Shown in pieces: positions 14,823 through 28,900 of a DNA stretch of 64,000 nucleotides (position 1 is its first letter; the number at the start of each line of letters is the position of its first letter). A program made the position numbers and the translations under genes. This DNA is from the human T2T-CHM13v2.0 reference genome, Homo sapiens. The DNA is taken from NCBI RefSeq assembly GCF_009914755.1, contig NC_060926.1. One strand, written 5' to 3'. The notes beneath the pieces were generated by a model. The model ran no database searches, was not told the origin of the DNA, and saw only the letters and a program-made list of their open reading frames with translations.

Positions 14823-15579
14823 CCCATCAGAGAAATGCAAATCAAAACCACAATGAGATACCATCTCACACCAGTTAGAATGGCGATCATTAAAAAGTCA
14901 GGAAACAACAGGTGCTGGAGAGGATGTGGAGAAATAGGAACACTTTCACACTGTTGGTGGGACTGTAAACTAGTTCAACCATTGTGGAAGACAGTGTGGC
15001 CATTCCTCAGGGATCTAGAACTAGAGATACCATTTGACCCAGCCATCCCACTACTGAGTATATACCCAAAGGATTATAAATCGTGCTGCTATAAAGACAC
15101 ATGCACACGTATGTTTATTGCAGCACTATTCACAATAGCAAAGACTTGGAACCAACCCAAATGTCCAACAATGATAGACTGGATGAAGAACATGTGGCAC
15201 ATATACACCATGGAATACTAGGCATCCATAAAAAATGATGAGTTCATGTCCTTTGTAGGGGCACGGATGAAGCTGGAAACCATCATTCTCAGCAAACTAT
15301 CGCAAGGACAAAAAACCAAACACCACATGTTCTCACTCATAGGTGGGAATTGAACAATGAGAACACTTGGACACAGGAAGGGGAACATCACACACCAGGG
15401 CCTGTTGTGGGGTGGGGGGAGGGGGGAGGGATAGCATTAGGAGATATGCCTAATATAAATGATGAGTAAATGGGTGCAGCACACCAACATGGCACATGGA
15501 TACATATGCAACAAACCTGCACACTGTGCATGTGTACCCTAGAATTTAAAGCATAATAAATAAATATAAAAAAATAAAA
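14823..15579 (+). mobile_element. 5'-truncated L1PA (ORF2 C-terminus plus 3'UTR) with TSD
   Basis: ORF 14835-15221 [36 protein letters not shown] is L1 ORF2p with a premature stop; TSD aaagaaataga at 14812 and 15580. Confidence 0.95.
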
Positions 15580-18453
15580 AAAGAAATAGATGTTCTGTAA
15601 AAATATACACAATTTTTACAGACAAATACATTTATAAGTTGTTTTTATCTTAAAAATCGGGGATATTTCATATTTATAACTAATTATTGAACCTTAAGTT
15701 TTCTTGGCCATTTCTAGGCTAACAAACTACGAATCATGTAAACTAAGCCAAAGTAGAATAGACATAAAAGTCCTGAACACTTCAACTTCCTATCCTTCAA
15801 GAAGTATACCTCGCAAAGCTCATTTGAGAGAGGAAAAGCTTTCCTCCACCCTCTGTTTTACAGCGCTGAGGCTTCTCATCACATTTCTATGACTTGTAGC
15901 TTAAATCCATGTTACATGGTAACTGGCATTGTTAGTGCTTCTCTTTTAACACAGTAGGAATTAATCAATTTGGTGGTGTATTTAATTAATTCTATCACTA
16001 GAGGATTGTAAAATTTACATATATGAATATCTCACTTTAGAGGCCACTTAATTTTTTTCCAAGGGGATATTTGACTACATTTCACTTGTGTCTTATTTAA
16101 TGATTTTATAATTTAAACCCTAAATTATAAATCTAGAATTTAGAAAGTATATTTCCCCACTGGATTACATTTTTGGAAATATTATTTTATATGTGCACAA
16201 ATATTACAAAATCACTGTAGACACCTGAAAACTATATTATCTTTTAAAGGCAATATTTACATTAAACTGGTATAACAAAATTGTTTGGTGCATTTTTTTC
16301 CAGTACATTTTGTATATATTACATGTTTAACCTTTTTTTATTCAGCAAATAATTTTTGAGTATCTACTAAGTGCTAGGTTCTGCACTACTAACTGAATTT
16401 AAAGAGTGAAATAACAGACATGGTCTCAGACAATAAAAATTAACATTAGGTCACCTATTTATATATTTTAAAATGGTAATTATGAAAACTTTTTGAGATT
16501 TTTAACTAGATAACATTATAATAATACACTTGATGTTGTTAATATTTGCCAGTGAGCAAAAAAGAAAATAAAAAGATGGTTTTATTCAATATACACTTTA
16601 AAATTGCAGAAAATAGTCAAGTTTCTCTGCTTTGCGGTTGAATGTCTATGTGTTTTTCTCCGCAACTTGCCTTTTGTGGAGTGAAACAATTATTCTTCCA
16701 GCCCAATAAAGGCAGAAGAGTAACAATAAATCTAATATTTTAAGTGCTTCTCAAAAGATAGTAAACATATTATTTCAGAATACTGAGTTCAATAAGTTGA
16801 CCTACAAAAAAAGCCAAACTGACAGTATTACTGAATAAGGAAAGGCCCAAAGAGACAAAATACTTTTTATTTTGTAACCTCGGTATGACACAACTTACCC
16901 TAACTATAAAGACCCTAAATTACCAAGATGGGTGCTTATAATAAGGAGAGTAAAAAAAGTCATTTGACTTTTAGCTTTTTTATTTCTCTCAGAATAAAAA
17001 GTGTCTAAGGAGTTTATAAAGAAGTTGATACTATAAGTTAGTACTACAATGACAGCACTTTTCAAGAAAAGACTTTTTTCTCTCTTACAAATATCACGTT
17101 AGCAGTATTTGTTTTCTCCAGAAATAATGAGGAAATAAAAACATAAGTATGTGGGTAATTAGTGTAGTTTCTTAAAGAAATGAGTTAGGCAACAGGCTAA
17201 TAATGTATACTTCGCTGGCTTTTGAATGCCAACAATCATATTCTTTATAAGGCACAGAGAAGATTTTTCTGAAGAATAAGTATGTGAACCTGAAAAGTAA
17301 TCACCACTTGGTAGTGACAATATGGATAGGGTGAAGGGCGTCATCAAGAAGCAATGAAAAGATACATTTGCAGTTCAATTTGAAAACCATGATGTTTAAT
17401 ACATATAGTAATAAAGAATACTTTCTCCTATTTCAAAATTATTTTAGAATTTAAGATAGAAGCTAAAATACCTAGGGATAATGATATGACTATCAAAGAT
17501 TAAAAATTAAAGGACATTTTGAGTATTAAAAGAATGAGAACTTATTACCCAATGAACAGGGGTTAATTCATTATGCTCCATATCCATTGAATTAAAAGAC
17601 AGGCCCATTACCTGGATAATTTGAAAGTTTAATTTTATTTAAAAGTCTTGTTTCATTCATCAAGCTAAAGGATTAGCTCCCAGAAATATTCTAGAATTGC
17701 ATATCCCCAACTCTGTAGGAAGTATAGAAAGAATGTTATAAGGGCCACCATCTAAACATTATTATGTAAATAATTTAGTACCATTCCATTTGCCTTTGTA
17801 GATTTAAAACTGTAATGGCTTTCTCATATTAGGAAACATCACTTTTCAAAACCCAGATAAACATAGTACATTGCAAGAGAATAATTATTTTCTTTATTAA
17901 AAAAGAAATACTGGATGCTAAGTCCAAAAGACATAAATTATTTTATACTAATAACTACTAATATTTTATTCATTAAAATATAAAGGTCAAAGATTTCAAA
18001 ATGATCTTTAAATGATTAATAACATGTTGATCTTTTTCTTCTTTCTGTAAACCTTTTTGAGTCTTAAAAATACTAAACTATACAAGCAATATTAAATAGT
18101 ATATAAACTTGGATTAAAATATTCAAATTTACTAGAATGTGGACATTGGAAAGAATGAAAATAAACAGAAGCATAAAGCAGCAGATATAAAATTAAGAAA
18201 GCAACTAAGAGTGTTTAAAGTACATATTCATCTGTAGTCTAATGTCTACCATAAACAATGACTCTTCTCAGTAAAACACAAATTGTTCATGAAGGGAAAA
18301 AGCATGTTGTATTAGAGAATATTCAACATAATTTTTTTAGTACTAACTTGTGCCTGGAGTATTATTGGTTTTTCTATTATGAACTTATGCACTTGTTAAT
18401 TTTTTTCATAAAAATTATATGTACAACTCCATTCAAAAGCAGTTTTTGGTGGG

Positions 18454-18757
18454 TTTTTTTTTTTTTTTTGAGACAGAGTTTTGCTCTTTTCACCCAGGCT
18501 GGAGGGCAATGGTGCGAATTTGGCTCACAGCAACCTAGCAACTTTTGCCTCCCAGGTTCAGGTGATTCTCTTGCCTCAGCCTCTCGAGTGGTTAGGACTA
18601 CAAGCACGCACCACCATGCCTGGCTAATTTTGTGTTTTTAGTAGAGACATGGTTTTGCCATGTTGACCAGGCTGGTCTTGAACTCCTGACCTGAGGTAAT
18701 CCACCCATCTTGGCCTCCCAAAGTGCTGGGTATGGGCAAGAGCCACCATACCTGGCC
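18454..18757 (-). mobile_element. AluS-type SINE
   Basis: Poly-T followed by antisense Alu body. Confidence 0.93.
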
Positions 18758-19101
18758 TCAGAAGCAGTTTTTAAAAGCAAACACAATATAACACCAAAGT
18801 TGAAAAATCTATGCTCACCCAAGGATGCCAGGTTTAATAAATTATTTATAGAATACTGCATCAAAAATAAGACAATAACCCAAAATATACCATTAAAGAT
18901 GTATCCACTCCTACAACTGGAGATAATTAATCTATCTAGTAGCAAATGATACTTCAATCAGTTTCAGCATGTCTGAAATCTTTAAGGACAAAAGTGATAA
19001 AACATGACTTCATTCTTCATTAGACTCTTAGAACACTTGAAGGAAAATAATTTCTGAAGTACAAAGAAGTAAAGAGGTGTAATCTTTCAAAAAGATATTC
19101 A

Positions 19102-19421
<320 letters not shown>

Positions 19422-19954
19422 AAGAGTGTAATATCGGTATACACAGATAATATACTGAATGAAACAAATAGAATAATTTGAAGAGATATCTTGATGAACA
19501 AGGAGTCATTAGAAAGGTTGTATTCATGTCTTTGAAGGAAATTGCAATGTGAGAAATTAATACTTTGACTACTATACTAAAAGTTTATTGCTAACATGTA
19601 TTGAGTTATTAACGTGTGTTAGGCAGAGTACCATATAATTTACAAGTGTTATCTCATTTATTGTAGGTAAAATGTAATTTCGAACTCTGGGAGTATAAAT
19701 GAATTAGATAGAATAAAATTCTATTTAAATGGCCATCAGTAAATCGGTATCTAGGAACAGGGTGATACAGTGCCCAAGTTTTCTATTCTTACTAAATGTT
19801 GTGTTTCATTTTCAATGTTTTCTTGGATATTGCTCTTTTTTGGTGATTTTGATTTTTTTTATTTTAGAAAACTAATAAATTGACTCTTCTTGGTACTGAC
19901 TCGGGTTTTATAGAAGAAAAAGTAATTAAATTATGTATATTTACCTTTACCTCA

Positions 19955-20633
19955 TTTTTTCTCTTTTAAATTTACTTTAATTGACATATAATAAATGTAC
20001 ATGTTATGGGGTACAGAGTGATATTTTGATATATTTATGCAATGCGTAAAGATCAAGTCAGAGTCATTATCATATCCATTACCTAAATCATGTATTATTT
20101 CTTTGCAGTGAGAATATTCAAAATCTTTTATTTTAGTTATTTGAAAACACACAATAAATTCCCATTAACTACAGTCACCCAGCAGTGCTGTAGAGAACTA
20201 GAACTTCTTCCTTCTCTCCAGCTGTAATTTTGTATGTATTAACCACATTTTTCTTATACTCTTCTTTCTCCTACTCTTTCCAGGATATGGTAACCAAAAC
20301 TCTACTATCTACTTCTACGAGATTAAAAATTTTAGCTTCCATACATAAGTGAGAACACGTAGTTATGTGGTGTTTATGTTTCTATGCCAGGCTTATTTCA
20401 CCTAACATAATGCCCTCCACTTGCATTCTTGTTGCCACAAATAACAGGATTTTGTTCTTTATTATGACTAAATAGTATTCCATTATATATGTATGTCACA
20501 TTTCTTTATCCATTCATCTGTTGATGGACACTTTTGTTGATTCCATATCTTGGCTATTGTGAATAGTGCTGTAATAAACATGGGGGTGCAGGTAAGTCTT
20601 TGATATACTGGTTTTCTTTCCTTTGGATATATA
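19955..20633 (-). mobile_element. L1M (L1MA-like) 3' end
   Basis: Antisense L1 3' motifs ttccatatcttggctattgtgaatagtgctg, cataagtgagaaca. Confidence 0.82.
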
Positions 20634-20635
20634 CT

Positions 20636-21345
20636 GAAAACCATATGATTAAATTAATAAACACAATAAAAGCGTTTGGCAAAATTAAATATTCTTACAT
20701 GACAAAAAACCTCTCAACAATTTAGTATAGAAAATATATGCCTTAAAACAGAAGGACATAAAGGACAAATCTACAACTAAGATCATACTGAGTGTGGAAA
20801 AGGTGAAAGATTTTACTGTGAACAAGAAAAAGATTTTACTGGAACAAGAAAAGGATGCCTATTCTCACCAATCATATTTCACATAGTGAAAGTCTTAGCC
20901 AGGACAATTAGGTGAGAGAAAGAAATAAAGGACATCTGAATTGGAAAGGAGACAGTCAAATTGTCCCTGTTTAAAGACAATGTGATCTTATACACGGAAA
21001 AAAATAAGACTCTACCAAAAGCTTCTTAGGGTGATACATGAAATTAATAAAGTTGCAGGATATAAATCAACATACAAAAATCAGTAGCATTTCTATATAT
21101 TGATAGTAAACTAGCTGAAACAAGAAATTAAGAAAGCAATTCCTTTTACAATAGCTACAAAAATGTACTTAGAAATAAATTTAACCAAGGAAGTAAAAGA
21201 TTTCGACAACAAAAATGACAAATATTAATGAAAGAAATTAAAGAAAACACAAAAAAGGAAAGACATCCACGTTTATAGATTGAAATAACTAATATTCTTA
21301 AAATGACCCACTATCCTATGTGATTTACAAATTTGGTACAATCAC
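20636..21345 (+). mobile_element. L1M ORF2 (RT region) fragment
   Basis: aaaccatatgatt..., aaagttgcaggatataaatcaacatacaaaaatcagtagcatttctata. Confidence 0.82.
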
Positions 21346-22067
21346 TAGCTTGTATTTTTAAAAGCACCTTTGTTGCATATTCTTAAGATATTCAATGACA
21401 ATGCCCGGATTTAAGTTTGAGGTATTATTATATCTATTTTATACTGGGCACAATATAATGTTATCAGAGGTAACGGTTTTGATTGGTCCTAAGTCATACA
21501 GTAATATATACATTGTGATTTATAGACATGCTATCTTTTAATACTCAGGCATTTAGAAAGTTCATTTAGACAAAGTTATAAAACCTTGCCGTCCTTTCTG
21601 CCTATATCACCTAAAAATCCTAATTTAAGAGGTAATAACATTTTTTATTTGATATACAATTTATCAACACAACAAAAATCTAACAATTATCATGTGCAGA
21701 GTGTGAAAATCTCATCAGATTAAGGAACACAAAGACATCTTTTTCATATTTCGAATGTAAAACTGTTTTGGAAACTGTTATTTTTAGAAACAGTTAAAAA
21801 CATTTTTTCATTAGTTTTTCATGTAAAATTGTGACAACCAGCATGAAATAACTGTCATCACAGAAGCATGGTATATTCGATTCCAAAACATATTCTTTGT
21901 AAGTTTTAATATATTTATGTATTATTTATACTTAGATTGTAACCCATAATGTACAGATATTATTTTTCCTTCAACTCTTAAGAATATTCTTAAATAATAA
22001 AATTAAAATTAATGAATTATAATTTTTGTTGCTTGGGAAAAAGAATAGACACACACGTGACAGTGCA

Positions 22068-24915
22068 TCATTTCACCCCATCATTTCATCTCATCATTTC
22101 ATCTCATCATTTTATCTCATTTCATCTCATCCCATCTCATCTCATCATTTCATATCATCTCATCATTTCATCTCATCATTTCACCAAATCTCATCTCATC
22201 TCATTTCCATTTCATTTTCATTATTTCATTTCATCATTTCATTTCACTATTTCATTTCATTTCATCTAATTTCATTTATTTCATTATGTCATTTCATATA
22301 ATCTCATTTCATCTCATCTCATATTTTTGATATCATTTTTCATATCATTTTTCATCTCATTTCATCTCAATTCATCTCATCATTTCATCTCCTCATCTCA
22401 TCATTTCCTCCTTTCATTACAACATTTCATCTCATTTCTTCTCATCTCATTTCAATTTCATTATTTCATCTCATTTCATTATTTCACCTAATTTCATTAT
22501 TTCATCTCATCTCATCTCAGTTCATCTGATCTCATTTCATCTCAGCATTTCATCTCATCAGTTTTCATCTCATCATTTAATCTCATTTCATTTCATTTGA
22601 TCTCATCATTTCAGCTCATTTCATGTCACATCTATTCATTTCATCATTTCATTTCAAGATTTCACCATTTCATCTCATCATCTCATCTTTCAATTTCATT
22701 TCAATATCATTTCATCATTTCTTTTCATTTCATCTCATTTCATTATTTCATTATTTCATTTCATTTCAATTCATCTCATCATTTCATCTCATTTTTCATC
22801 TCATCATTTTTCATCTCATCATCTCATCATTTCATCTCATTTCTTCTCATCATTTCATCTCATCATTTTATCTCATTTCATCTCATCTCATTTCAATTTC
22901 ATTATTTCATTTCATTTCACTTCATTTCATTTCATCTCATTTTATCTCATCTCATTTCATCTCATCATTTCTTCTCGTCTCATCTCATCATTTCATCATT
23001 TCATCTCGTTTCATCTCATTTCATCTCATCTCACCTCATATCATCATTTCATCTCATCCTTTCATTTCATCTCATCGTTTCATCTCCTCATTTCATCTCA
23101 TCTCACCTCAGCATTTCATTTCACCTCATCATTTCTTATTTCATCTCATTTTATCTCATTTCATCTCATATCTCAATTCAATTTTTCATTATTTCATCTC
23201 ATTCATTTCATCTCATTTCATTACATCTCATCATTTCCTCTCATCATTACATCTCATCTCATCTCATCATTTCATCATTTCATCTCATCATTGCATCTCA
23301 TCATTTCATCTCATTTCATCTCATCATTCATCTCATCATTTCATCTCATCATTTCCATTTCATTATTTCATCATTTAATTTCATCATCTCATTTAATTTC
23401 ACCTCATTTCATTATTTCATTTTTTCATTTCATTATGTCATTTCATTTCATCTCATTACATTTCGTCTAATTTCATTTCATCTCATTTCATCTCATCATT
23501 TCATTTCATCTCATCTTTTCATCTCATCATTTCATCTTATCATCTCATCAACTCTTTTCATCTTATCATTTCATCATTTCATCTCATCACTTCATTTCAT
23601 CTCGTATCTTCTCATCTCATTTCAATTTCATTTCATTATTTCATTTCATTATTTCATGTCATCTCATCTCATCATTTCATCTCATCACATCTCATCATTT
23701 TATCATTTTATTTCATCATCTCATCATTTCATCTCATCTCATTTCAATTTTATTTATTTATTTCAATTTCATTTCATTATTTCATTTCATTTCATCTCAT
23801 CAGTTCATCTCATCATTTCATCTCATCATCTCATCTCATCATTTCATCTCATCATTCATCTCATCATTTCATATCATTTTATCTCATCTCATCATTTCAT
23901 CTCATTTCATCATTACATTTCATCTCATTTTATGTCATCATTTCATGTCATCATTTCATCACATCTCATCTCATTTCATCTCATCATTTCATCATTTCAT
24001 CTCATTTCAACTCATTGCATCTCATCTCATTTCCATTTCATTATTCCATTTCATCATTTCATTATGTCATTTCACCTCATCATATTTCATCTCATTTCAT
24101 CTCATCTCATCATTTCATCTCATCATTTCATCTCATTTTATCTCATCTCATCTCATCATTTCTTCTCATCTCATCATTTCCATTTCATTTTCATTTCATT
24201 ATTTCATCATTTCATTATTTCATTTCATCTCATTTCATTATTTCATTTCATTATGTCATTTCATTTCATCTCATTACATTTCATCTCATTTCATCTCATC
24301 ATTTCATCCATCATTTCATTTAATTTCATCATTTCATCTCATGATCTCATCTCATCATCTCATTTCATCTCATTATTTCATCTCATTTCATCTCATCTCA
24401 TTTCATCATTTCATTTCATCATTACATCTCATCATTTCAACTCATCTCATTTCAATTTCATTTCAATTTCATTACATTTCATAATTTCCTTTCATTATTT
24501 CATTTCATTTCATCTCATTTCATTATTTCATTTCATCTCATTTTTCATCTCATCATTTTTCATCTCATTTCATCTCATCATGTCATCTCATCGTTCATCT
24601 CATTTCATCTCATTTTATCTCATTATTTCATCTCATCTCATCTCATTTCAATTTCATTATTTCATATCATTTCATTATTTCATTTCATTTCACCTCATCA
24701 TTTCATCTCGTTTCATCTCATCATTTCATCATCTCATCATTTCATCTCATTTCATCTCATCTCCTTTCAATTTATTTTCAACTTTGTCATTTCATCTCAT
24801 CATTTCATCTCATCATTTCCACTCTCCATTTCATCTCATCATCTCATCTCATCTCATCATTTTGTCATTTCATCTCATCATTTCATCTCATCTCGTCATC
24901 TTATCATTTCATCTA
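22068..24915. repeat. (CATTT/CATCT/CAT)n degenerate pentamer tract, ~2.85 kb
   Basis: Continuous catttcatctcatcattt; + strand almost free of G. Confidence 0.97.
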
Positions 24916-25074
24916 AGTGAAATGACATAATGGAATCATGAAATGAAAGGGATAGGATGCCCTCAGTGATGTTAAATTTAAAAATTGTTTCTTTTCATGC
25001 ATGCATTTTTATATTTATATGTATTTATATTTATATTTACTAATATTTCTTTTTACTTATTTTTATTTATATTT

Positions 25075-25495
25075 TTACTTATTTCTTTATTCATAGACAA
25101 GGTCCTGTTCTGTGGCCTAGGCTGGAATGCAGTGGTGCATTCACAGTTCACTGCAGCCTCGAGAAAATCTCCCACATTAGCCTCCCAGGTAGCTGGGACC
25201 CCAGGTGCGCACCACCACACCTGGTTAATATTTTATTATTTGTAGAGATGAAGTCTTGCTATTCTGCCCAGGCTGGTCTCAAATTCCTGGGCTCAAGCAA
25301 TCCTCCTGCACTGGCAACCCAAAATGCTGGGATGACAGATATGAGCCACAGTGCCCAACCTATTTATTTATTTATTTAATAAGGACAAGGTCTCACTATG
25401 TTGCCCAGGCTGATCAACTCCTGGACTCAAATGATTCTCCAAACTTGGCCTCTCAAAATGTTGGGATTACAGGTATGAGCCACCATGCCTGGCCT
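25075..25495 (-). mobile_element. Diverged AluJ plus FLAM-like monomer
   Basis: Antisense Alu motifs, heavily diverged. Confidence 0.8.
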
Positions 25496-25925
25496 AAAAA
25501 TAGTATTATATTTTTGTATCATATAATTTTCAATTAGGTAATATGAATATTCTGTACAGGAAATACGCCCTTAATTACATAGGAATAAACATTTGTTACA
25601 CTGAGAAAAATCTAATAGAGCTAAAAATAAAAATTAATTTGGAAAGGTAATTAGATAATGATACATTCTTACATTTATACATTCTTTCATATATTCATAT
25701 ATTCTTTTAACAGTATCAATGGTTTGGAGTTATGTGTACAAAACCATGACCTATATGTAATACAACTAATAACAGGCATTTACAATTCAAGGCATATTAT
25801 ATACAAAGCTTTAACTTCTTATCAAAATATTTTGTTTTTTTTCTTTCTGTTTTGGCAGATACTATGAACACAACATTCAACTCACAGACACCATGGAGCC
25901 CTTACTAAGCATAAAGTACTGTGAA

Positions 25926-28900
25926 AGGCCAGGGCTAGGACAGAACTAAGACAGGGCCAGGGATAGGACAGAACAGGGGCAGGGTCATGGCCAGAGAAAA
26001 ACCAGGGGCAGGGTCACGGCCAGGGACATGAGAGGACCAAGGCCAGGGCCAGAAGCAGGGCAGAACCAGGGCCAGGGCAGGGACATGGCAGGGCCAGGGC
26101 CATGGCAGGATCAGGGTCAGCAGAAGGCCAGGGCAAGGCTAGGGTAGCACAGGGCCAAGGCAGGGCAGGGTCAGTGTAGAGCAAGGAACGGGTCAGGGTA
26201 TGGCAGGGCAGGGACAGGGAGGTCCAGGGCCAGAGTCAGGTCCAGGACATGGACAGGACAGGGCCAGAAATATGGCAGGACCAGAAAGGGGACAGGGCAA
26301 GGGCAAGGCCAGAGAAGGACCATGGAAAAAAACATGGCCAGGGAGGGTCCAGGGCAAGGGCAAGGCCAGGGCAGAACCAGAGCCAGAGCAGGCCAAAGGC
26401 AGGGCCAGGGCAGGGCAAGGCCAGGGTAGGGCGGGGCCAGTGTAGGGTGAGGGTAGGGCCAGGGTGAGTTCAGGGCCAGGGCAGGACTAAGATAGCACAG
26501 GGCCAAGGCAGGGCCAGGGCAGGGCCAAAAGGAGGGGCCAGGGCCAAGCATGGCCAGTGTCAGACCTGGGGATTGTCAGGGCCAGGGTCAGGGTCAAGGC
26601 TGGGCCAGGGACAGGGCCAGAGCAAGGCCAGGGTCAGGGCAGAACCAGGACCAGGATAAGGCAAAGCCAAGGCCAGGGCAGGGCAAGGCCAGGGCAAGGC
26701 AAGACCAGGGAAGGGCAAGGCCAGGGTAGAAAAGGCCAGTGTAGGGCCAGGTCAGGGTAGGAGAAGGCCATGGTAGGGCCAAGGCCAAGGCAGGGCAGGG
26801 CTAGGGTAGCACAGGGCATGGCCAAAAACAGGGCAGGGCCATAACAGTGGCAGGACTAGCAACAGGGCCAGGGCAAGCGCTGGACCAGAGCATGGTGGGG
26901 ACAATACAGGGCCAGGACAGACGATGGCAAGGCAGGTCCAGGGCCATTTCATGGACTCGGTAGGCCTGGGGTCAGGCCAGGGCAGGGCAAAGGCAAGACC
27001 AGGGAGAAGGCAGGGCCGGGGCCAAGGCAGTGCCAGGGCAGGGCAGGACCAGTGCAGGGCCAATGCAGGGTGAGGGCAAGGCCAGGGCATGGAAGGGCAG
27101 GGCAGGACCAAGGAAGGGCCAGGAGAGGGCCACGGCAGGGTCACGGCCAGAAGAAGGGTATGGCTGGGGTCAGGAATATGGTAGGACAAGGGCTGGGCCC
27201 AGGCTGGGACACGCAGGGCAGAGCATGATCTATGCAAGGCACAGCCAGAGCCAGGCCATAGAGATGGGAGGGCAACACCAAGGCAGAGTCAGGGTAGATC
27301 CAGGGCTGAGCAGAGTCAGGGCAGGTCCAGAGTAGAGGCAGAGCTAGGGCCCAAGCAGGGCCATGGTAGCACCAGGGCAGAGGAGGGCAGGGCAATGCAG
27401 GACTGGGCCATGGCAGTGCCTGGTCAACTCCGGGGCAGGGCCAGAAGCAGGACAGGGCCAGGGCCAGTGCTCAGGCCAGGGACAGGGCATGACAGGAAGT
27501 GCCAGAGCAGGGCTGGACCAACGTTGGGGCAGGGCAAATCAGACCAGGACACTTCCAAGTCCATCTCTGGCCCTGCCTTGGCCCTGGCCCCTTCCTGGCC
27601 TGACCTTGTCCCTGGCCCTGCCCTATCCATGCCCTGTGTGTTTGACCAGTGTTTTATAACCAGAATCCTACAAGAAACTTAAATTAGTTCTTTTTGTGCA
27701 TTTTTAGTAGAGATGGGGTTTCACAATGTTGCCCAGGCTGGTTCCAAACTCCTGAGCTCAAGCCATCTGCCTGCTTTGGCCTCCCAAAGTGCTGGGATTA
27801 CAGGAGTAATCTGGCCAAGTATTTAACTTCTTTATGCCTGTTTCCTACATTTGGAAAATGGGGATGCTTTAAGTACCTAGCACATAGAATTATTGTGAGA
27901 ATCAATGCCTCACATATTAACATATTGATAAAATTATACTCATAGAACACTACTGGAAGCAAAGATAGTATTAGTTAAAATTTAGTGATTACTGCAAATA
28001 TTATTACTGTTACAAACATTATAGTATAGACATTACTACTACTACAGTTATCTTAAAAATCTAAAATAAAAATTTTACGTAATAGCCCAATGTAATCTCT
28101 CCTGCTCTGTCCTGGCTCAGCCCTAGTGCCGGCTCTGCCCCTAGTCCTACTACATCCCTGGCCCTGACCCTTCCCTGGTCCAGCCGCTGCCCTGGCCCTT
28201 CCCATCTTCAGGCCTTACCATGGCCCTACCCTGGTCCTGACCCTGCCCTGGTCTGGTCCTGACCCTGGCCCTACCCCAGAGAAGGGGTATGGCAGAGCCA
28301 GGGAAGGGCCAGGGCAAATAAGGGACAGGACACACCCAAATCCAGGAAAGGGCCAGGGCCATGACAGAGCCAGGGCGAGTCCTTGGCAGGGCCAGGTTCC
28401 AGGCCAGGGCCAGGAAAGGGTCATGGCAGGGTCACTGTATGGCCAAGGTCCAGGCCAAAGCCAAGGCAGTGGCAGGGTCAGGTCTGCATAAGGGCAGGAC
28501 CAGAGCCAGTGATACGGCAGGGCCAGGGCCAGGGCCAGGGCTGTGCCAGGACAGAACAAGAGCAGAGCAGGGCAGGACCAGAGCCAGGCCATAGAGAGGG
28601 TAGGGCAAATGCCAAGGCAAGGCCAGGGTAGTGCCAGGGCTGAGGCAAGATCAGGGAAGGTCCAGGGCTCAGTCAAGGCTAGAACCAAGACAGGGGCAAA
28701 GGCCGGGGCAGATCTAGGGCACAAGCAGGGCAGGCTAGGGCAGGGCAATGGCAAGACCCGGCCATGGCAGGGCCAGCCCAGGATAGAACAGGGCACAGGC
28801 AGGGCAGGGCCAGGGCCACGGCTGGGGCAGGACAAGGACCAGGACTGGGGTCCAGGCCAGGGCCAGGGTATGGCCAGGGCAGAGGTAGGGCCAGAGCCAG

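Noticed and set aside
14835-15221. Host CDS or active L1
   Set aside because: 5'-truncated L1 ORF2 tail with a premature stop
22597-24930. 777-aa ORF rich in I/S/F/H
   Set aside because: Artefact of the nearly G-free pentamer repeat, which rarely forms stop codons; no domain and a non-ATG start
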